A stretch of 52,396 nt of DNA, taken from a virus (taxonomy: Duplodnaviria > Caudoviricetes). The DNA is taken from the IMG/VR virus record IMGVR_UViG_3300036829_000063, positions 1-52,396 of that record; one strand, 5' to 3'. The position numbers were made by a program, and so were the translations under genes. Positions 46,281-52,396 of the stretch are shown here, in pieces; position 1 is the first letter of the stretch, and each line of letters begins with the position of its first letter. Below the pieces are notes generated by a model that saw only the letters and a list, made by a program, of their open reading frames with translations, did not search any database and had not been told where the DNA came from.

Positions 46281-47503
46281 ATGGTCACCACCGCCGAGAT
46301 CACGGACAAGGGTTACAGCATCGGAATCCCCGCGACGTGGGACACGCTGGCCGAGCCGATGGCCGAGGCCCACCGCCTGGTCATCACCTGGCAGGATGCG
46401 CCGGTCCACGACCGCACCGTGACCTACCTCACCGACGACCAGGCCGCGCGGGACACGTACGAGGCCCTGGCCGAGTGCAAGGATGCCGTGGAGGTTCTCT
46501 GGCAGACCAGAGGCAAGACCGGCCGCCCCCGTTTCGTGGCCGTCCGCGCTACCATCCACACCACGCTCCCGATCTGATCCCCACCCAGACGAGGCCCGGT
46601 CCATTACCCCCCGATGGACCGGGCCTCCTGGCATCTACAGCTCTTGGAGAGGAGCCACCATGCCCACCATCCCCTCACTCTCGGTCCGCCTCGGCCACCT
46701 GAGCCCCCGGGAGTTGGCCGCCGTCCGGGGCTATCACTGCACTGCTCCGCTATGCCAGGCCATCCCCGGCGTGATGTGCCGCCGCCAGCGTGGCCTCTAC
46801 GTCCAGTGGGGCCGGGACCTCAAATATCCTCATCCCGTCCGGATGCGGGCCGAGGCCCGGGGGCTCCAGGAGGAGCGTTATCTGGTCTCCCAGGTGGAGC
46901 TGATCCTCCGGGAGCTGGGAGAGCCCGTGAGCCGCCGCCGCCTGTTCACGGTCCTGGAGATCCTCCGCAACGTCCGGGAGAGGCCGGGCTGGTGAAACCT
47001 CTATCCAGCTTTAAGGAACACGGGACCGGGCTGGTATACGTCCGGGTGAAGTTTTCGCCCAAAGGCCGCCCGTATCACTACAGCGCCCCGGCGGGCCTCG
47101 TACGGCCCGGGGACGTGGTGGCTGTCCCGTGTAACTGGGTGAGCCCGGAGGGCACCCTGGCGGACGTGGTGGCTGTCCTGGGTGAACCCCCGGAGATCCC
47201 GGGCGTGGACACGTTCGCTGCCATCTGGCGCGTGATCCCGCCGGACCAGCTCCCGCTATTTGGCCGGGAGGGCTATCCGATGCCCCACGCGTACGGCCCC
47301 GAGGCCAGCCAGTGAGCGCCGACCGTGGCTCCCTGGAGCCCCTAGAGGAGCGTTGCCTGAGGCCGGGCCACTGGGTGATAGAGGGCTACTGGGCCGAACG
47401 TGGAGCCGGGCGTCGGTGGGATCTGACAGACCCCGGCGGGGTCCTAGTGGCGCGTCCGGCCACGCTGGACGAGGCCCGGGAATGGATCAGGGAACACCGC
47501 TAG
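46281..47503 (+). other. Small genes (46281-46577, 46660-46995 Zn-finger-like, 46992-47315, 47312-47503)
   Basis: RBSs and overlaps. A hairpin lies at 46591-46627. Confidence 0.65.
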
Positions 47504-47568
47504 ACAACTCCCCACGCGTGTGGTTTACTCGGTGTTGGAGAGAGACACCACACACCGAGGAGCACACC
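47501..47568 (+). promoter_or_regulatory. Cassette promoter TAGACA-17 bp-TTTACT with palindrome in the spacer
   Basis: TAGACA 47501-47506, CCCCACGCGTGTGG 47510-47523, TTTACT 47524-47529. Confidence 0.8.
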
Positions 47569-47784
47569 ATGGGATCACTAGCCACCACCGACCGCCCCAT
47601 AGAGGTCCGCTGTGGAGCTTGCAAGGGCCGCCATCCCAGCTCTCACGAGGTCCGCGCGTGCTACGCCGCCAAGCGTGAGGCTCAGGCTGAGGAGCGTTAC
47701 TGGGCGGACCAGGAGGCCCACAACGACGCGCTCACCGCTGAGCTGGAGGTGGAGCGGCTCCTGGAGGAGTATGGCGCGCTCTGA
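47569..47784 (+). CDS. Small Zn-binding protein (CGAC..H.....VRAC)
   Basis: Single-gene cassette: promoter, RBS, and a downstream hairpin at ~47797-47835. Confidence 0.7.
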   Translation: MGSLATTDRPIEVRCGACKGRHPSSHEVRACYAAKREAQAEERYWADQEAHNDALTAELEVERLLEEYGAL

Positions 47785-47837
47785 CCTAGCCAGGCTGAGG
47801 GCCACCGATCGGGGAAACCCGGCCGGTGGCCCTTCCC

Positions 47838-47901
47838 CTTTACTCCACACGTGTGGTTTAATTCGTAGTGGAGAGAGACACCCACACACGAGGAGCCCCA
47901 G
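47838..47901 (+). promoter_or_regulatory. Cassette promoter with CCACACGTGTGG (47845-47856) followed by TTTAAT
   Basis: Same architecture as the copies at 38653, 46212 and 47501. Confidence 0.75.
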
Positions 47902-48249
47902 ATGACCTACACCGACCACGCAGCCGAGGCCCGCAGCAACAGCCGCCGCGCCGCCGCCGCCACGCGTAGGGCCAAGCGGGACGCCCAGGAGGCTGAGCGG
48001 TTCTACCTGCTGGCCGCCGAACTCCGCCGCCAGGCCGCATGGCTCACCGGCCGCCCGAGTCTGTGGGACGAGAGCTACACCCCGGCCGAGCTGGAGCGCC
48101 GCGCCCGCTCCTGGACCAGGAATGGGGACACGTACCTCCGGGGAAGCTTCCGCGCCGACGACAGCGCCGTGTTTTACAAGGGCATAGCCGCCAGCTACCG
48201 CAAGATGGCCGCCAGTCACGCCGCGTGGATGAGCGCCGCACTGGTCTAG
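47902..48249 (+). CDS. Ala/Arg-rich hypothetical protein
   Basis: Single-gene cassette with GAGGAG RBS. Confidence 0.7.
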   Translation: MTYTDHAAEARSNSRRAAAATRRAKRDAQEAERFYLLAAELRRQAAWLTGRPSLWDESYTPAELERRARSWTRNGDTYLRGSFRADDSAVFYKGIAASYRKMAASHAAWMSAALV

Positions 48250-48261
48250 CCTGAGCTCCCG

Positions 48262-48303
48262 AACGGGCCGCCATCCCAGCCGGGTGGCGGCCCGTTTATT
48301 TGT
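48262..48303 (+). terminator. Intrinsic terminator
   Basis: AACGGGCCGCCA...TGGCGGCCCGTT followed by TATTTGT. It abuts the next promoter palindrome at 48305-48316. Confidence 0.8.
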
Positions 48304-48348
48304 CCCACACGCGTGGTAGATTGATGGACGGAGAGAGAGGAGCACCAC

Positions 48349-51300
48349 ATGACCAAGCGCAAGGACCCGCTGGAGCGCACACGCCGGGGGATGTACCTCG
48401 GCCAGCGGACCATAGGCGACTATCAGGCCCTCCGCCGGGGCCGCCTCCCCCAGAGGCTCATCCGCCGGGCCGTCACCCGCCGGGTGATGCGCAAGATCTG
48501 GAGCCGGTAATGGCCATCAGCGTGATCGAGTTGGGGCCGGATCTCCACATCAGCGTGGAGCCAGCCACGGACGGGAACACCCGGGTAACCGTCACGGTGC
48601 CAGACCCGTCCTATATCGGACGCGTGGATTACTCCGTCAGCTACCCCGTGAGCCCCGAGGTCATCACCGAGCTGGTGGCCGCGCTGGAGGGAGGATTCTG
48701 ATGGCCACCATCTACCTGGCATGGTCCGGGGACGATCCTGAGGAGCGCCGGCTGGAGGCCGCGTTCACCCGCCGGAAAGATGCCGAGGCCCTGGAGCTGT
48801 CCAATGACGTGGAGGAGATCCAACTCCGGGACGGCCCGGCCGAGGTCCGGGACTGGCATGGCGTGATCTGGTATCTGGGCCGCCCGCTCCAGACCCCCGA
48901 GGAGACACGCCCCGGGAGTGTGCCCAATCCTTACCCGTATTCAGGTGGGTCTCAGCGCATGATCTACGACGGCCAGCCGGACTGTGTGACCGTCTCCAAG
49001 GGGATGCCCAACGCCATTGGTTACGGGACCGTGTGGGTGTGGGGCTGGGATCTGGAGCTGGTCATGGCTGAGGGCAACCGGATCTATCGAGAGGAGACAA
49101 GCTGATGGCTAACCCACCGCATGACGAACATCTCCTCAGCCTCCATGAGGCCCACCTGGCTCTCCTGGCCGCCGTCACTCAAGGCCATGGCGTCACGGCA
49201 GAGGCCGCGCTGGAGGAGGCCCGGAACTGTATAACGCGCCACGCCACCGAGGCTCCCAGCCTGGAGTCCGCCGCCCAGCTCGTGGCGGAGATGCGCCACT
49301 GGGCCATCACGCAGGCTCCCCAGCGCCAGCGGGCCGGGGAGATGGATCTCCGGGTGGAGTGGTCCGGGGACGACGGAGCGTGGGCCGCTGTGTTCATCCG
49401 GGACGGCCAGCCGTGGTGGCTGGACGGAGCCCTGATGGGCATGGCCGCCACGCCCCCCAAGGCTCTGGAGGAGTTGCTGGGCGTGGCCCGCCACCTGGTG
49501 GTGGAGGGCTCCAATTTCCTGATGCAAGACAAGCCGCCGCTGAGCGCCGCCGACCGCCGCTGGCTGTTCAATCTCACCGACGTGGGAGTTAGTGACGACG
49601 TGGCTTACCAGGCTGTCCGCAACGCTGAGGAGGCCGAGCGATGACAGACCCACTCGTCCTGGGGATCGGGACGTGTTACCTCCACAACGGCCCCATCACG
49701 TTTGATCCGGAGAGCATCACCACCGTCTGGATTGATCCCCAGACCAATCTCCCGCCGGACGTCGACGCCAACGCCAAGCCCATCACCCCGGACCCCGAGG
49801 CCATGGACCGCCTCGTCCAGCGTCCCATCTGTGATCCTTGCGTGGCCAAGGTCAATCGCCGTCTAGCCGCTGAGGGCCGCCCCACGTGGGAGACCTCGGC
49901 CACATACCGGATGGGGCCGGGATGAGCACCGCGTGGGGTCACGTCGACGTGGTCACCCTCGTGGCCATGGGGATCATCCTGGTGGCACTGGCCGCCGTCA
50001 TCGCCCTGACTGTGTGGGGCCGCCGTAACGCTGCCGTAGCCAGGGAGGCCGCCGATCGGGCCGAGGCCGCCACCCAGCCCCCGGACCGTCCCGTGGCCGC
50101 CGCTCAGGTGGGGACCTCCCGGACATTCCAGATCGGTATAGGTCTCTCGATCTACATCGCGCAACTCCAGACCGGGCTCCAGCTCCGGGTCACCATCCAC
50201 AACGCCATGGGTGGAGGAGACCTGAGTACCTCCTATCCGATCTCCGATGAGCTGGCCCGCGAGATAGCCGCCAAGCTCACCCGTAGCCGTGACTGAGCCC
50301 GAGACGGGAGGCTGGCTCGTGCCTCATCCGCTGGAGCCCGAGCTGGACGACCGCTGGCATTGGGTCAACGTCCAGGGCCTCGGAGACTCCGGGCCGGTCT
50401 GGATACAGGGCCGGTGCCGCCACGTGGAGCTGGTCTCCGTCGACTCGTGCGTGACCGGCCAGCAGCTAGCCCGGTTGTGTCTGACCTGTGACCGGCAACT
50501 CCCGCCCCGGGTGATGCCAGCCATGTGGACTCAGTTCCCGGAGCCTGAGCTGTGGATGACCACGGAAAGGATCAGATGATGCCCACCGATCCGCACGCCG
50601 ACGCCTACCGGGACCGCGCACACGCCATCATGACCACCATCTACCGGGCGTGGGCCGCTATAGACCCGATGATCCGCCACCATCCCACCGCACGGTTTGA
50701 GATGAGCCAGGACTGGTATCGGAGGCTCCGCGCGCTCCAGGTGGTGGGAGCCGGGGAAGATGAGCCCTCGGCCGAGGAGATGGCCAAGTGGGTGATCTCC
50801 CCCGGGGACACGATGCTGGACCTCCCGATCACCGAGGGCCAGGGAGATCCCGTGGTGGTGGCCGATGTTAAACCCGTCCGGCTGGCCGATTACATCCCCG
50901 GCGTTACCTGGACGACCTACGAGGAGGGAGGACCGATGCCCAGGAGCCACTGGGATGCGGCCGTGGACCTTGGGGCTTGGATCAAGCGCCAGATGGTCAC
51001 GGACGCCCAGGTAATCCAGATGACCGTGGCCGGGCCGCCAGCCGCCAATGAGGAGGCTCACGTGGCCCACCAGATCCGCCGCCGCCTCCTCAAGCTCCAC
51101 GGCTGGGATGATCAGGACCGTGGCATGTATTGCCCGGCGTGTGAGTCAGAGGATTGGTGGCCGTGTCAGACAGTCCGGCTCGTGATACTGATCTGGGCCA
51201 ACCGGGAGGGCTACGACCCACGGTGGACTCCTGAGACGGAGATCTCCTGATGGCCGAGCACGAACGCCCGTTCGGGGAGATGCTGAGGGAATACCTAGAG

Positions 51301-51793
51301 GCCGCCGTCCGGGCCAACGGGCTCCGGATTGGAGAGGTCACCCCGGAGGCCCGGGAGTGGCTGGGTAAGGCTGGTGTCCCCGTGGCTGGCCTGGCCACCC
51401 CCGAGGAGATCAAGGCCCGGTTCACTGGCTCGGAGCCGCCCCAGCTCACGGTCCACAAGGTGGAGGGCTACCTCCCGGTGTCGGAGGATCTACTCATGGA
51501 TGAGGGAGTCATCCCGGACACCCGGCCGCCACGGCCACGGCCACGCTGGCGGACCAGGCTCCGCTGGTGGACCACCACCAAGCGGGAACGCCTCGGCCTC
51601 TGGGCCTATTGGGTGATCACCGGGGACCGGATCAGGACCGATGATGACGAGGGCTAAGGGCCGCCCGCGTGGGCCACAGATCATCCCGGTAAAGACCCAC
51701 GCCCAGGTGGACGCTGAGCGCCGGGCCGCCGCCAAGGCCGTGCGCAAGCTGGCCCGGGTGAACCGCAAACGCTGGCGTGGTTTGCTCAGGTAG
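48349..51793 (+). other. Operon of ~10 small hypothetical genes (48349-48510, 48510-48701, 48701-49105, 49105-49644, 49641-49925, 49922-50296, 50289-50579, 50576-51250, 51250-51657 and a final basic ORF)
   Basis: Continuous TAATG/TGATG/ATGA coupling downstream of one cassette promoter. Confidence 0.7.
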
Positions 51794-51803
51794 CCGGAAC
51801 GTA

Positions 51804-51843
51804 CAGAGAGCCCGGGTGGGCCATCAACCACCCGGGCTCTCTG
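51804..51843. terminator. Terminator hairpin between convergent genes
   Basis: CAGAGAGCCCGGGTGG...CCACCCGGGCTCTCTG, 16-bp stem. Confidence 0.8.
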
Positions 51844-51906
51844 CTACAGATCACACACCGAGCCCCCCGCCAGGGATGCCCAGCTACCGATCACCAAGGC
51901 CCGATA

Positions 51907-52396
51907 CTAATACGACTGGGCCACTTGCCAGTGAGCCCACGCCGCACAAGGTGAGCCGTACGTGGCCGTCATGTAGCCCAGTCCCCACCGGATCTGGGTG
52001 GACGCGCTGGTCTGCCAGTCCGCCCCGGCCGACGCCATCTTGGAGCCGGGCAACGCCTGAGGTATGCCGTACGCGCCCGAGCTGGGGTTGGTGGCCGTCA
52101 CGACTCCTCCTGACTCCCGCTCAAAGATCGAGATGGCACACGAGGCCGAGGATGGGTCTGTCTGGGCCTCCACGATGCTCTCCCAGCTCCCGGACACGCT
52201 GGGGGTTACTGGGGTATGGCTGGGAGCTGGGGCTGTCTGAGCCGCAGCCAGGGCCGCGCGCCGGGCCGCTTCCCGCCGGGCTCGGGCTCGGACCTTGGCC
52301 CGGTGGACACGCCGGGCCTGGACAGCCAGCCACGCGTGGGCCGTCGCGTGGTGAGCCTCGGCCACGTCGTTGGGTGTGGGCACGGGTGGAGCCGCT
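51907..52396 (-). CDS. Lytic transglycosylase-like (SLT/lysozyme-fold) protein, 5' end probably outside the window
   Basis: RESG...ATNPSSGAYGIPQALPGSKM...DW......QIRWGL.Y....YGSPC.AW, after an Ala/Pro-rich linker. Confidence 0.85.
   Translation of the reverse strand, partial: AAPPVPTPNDVAEAHHATAHAWLAVQARRVHRAKVRARARREAARRAALAAAQTAPAPSHTPVTPSVSGSWESIVEAQTDPSSASCAISIFERESGGVVTATNPSSGAYGIPQALPGSKMASAGADWQTSASTQIRWGLGYMTATYGSPCAAWAHWQVAQSY

Noticed and set aside
46212-48350. Possible CRISPR array from the recurring palindromic repeat
   Set aside because: Spacing is hundreds of bp and irregular, the intervals are genes with RBSs, and there are no cas genes.
1-52396. tRNA genes, integrase/att site, reverse transcriptase (DGR or retron), introns or inteins
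   Set aside because: No cloverleaf with T-loop consensus, recombinase motifs, YxDD motif or intein boundary motifs seen by eye. tRNAscan-SE and HMM searches would be needed to exclude them fully.

Overview
About 52 kb of a high-GC tailed bacteriophage genome, most likely an actinophage (host inferred from GC content, GAGAGGAG-type RBSs and actinobacterial protein families). On the minus strand, 1-9.8 kb is the left arm: a GH5 hydrolase, TerS, TerL, one 1473-aa ORF joining portal, ClpP protease and HK97-type major capsid, and a glycosyltransferase cut by the window edge. A cos-like end with an abrupt strand-composition switch lies near 10.0-10.1 kb, so the window is circularly permuted or integrated. 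From 10 to 37.5 kb (minus strand) are right-end small genes, a candidate structured ncRNA, an HNH nuclease, a fibre module whose 1521-aa protein carries a PhoD phosphatase domain, and a replication/nucleic-acid block (initiator with iterons, loader, helicase, RuvC, ParB-like, two DNA methyltransferases, DnaQ, TOPRIM, DUF932-like, papain-like protease). From 37.7 to 51.8 kb (plus strand) are early-type cassettes: an HTH pair with one GIY-YIG fusion, a DpdA/TGT-like gene, YqaJ/RecT, HNH, a secreted lectin and many small genes. A CCAC(A/G)CG(T/C)GTGG-type palindrome recurs about 12 times, mostly in promoter spacers. The most notable items are the nested three-start/one-stop head polyprotein, the PhoD-bearing fibre, the ~400-nt structured intergenic region, the palindrome-controlled cassettes and a one-strand bias of GCCGC. 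I saw no integrase, tRNA, CRISPR array, major tail or tape-measure gene. All family calls come from motif recognition by eye, not database searches.
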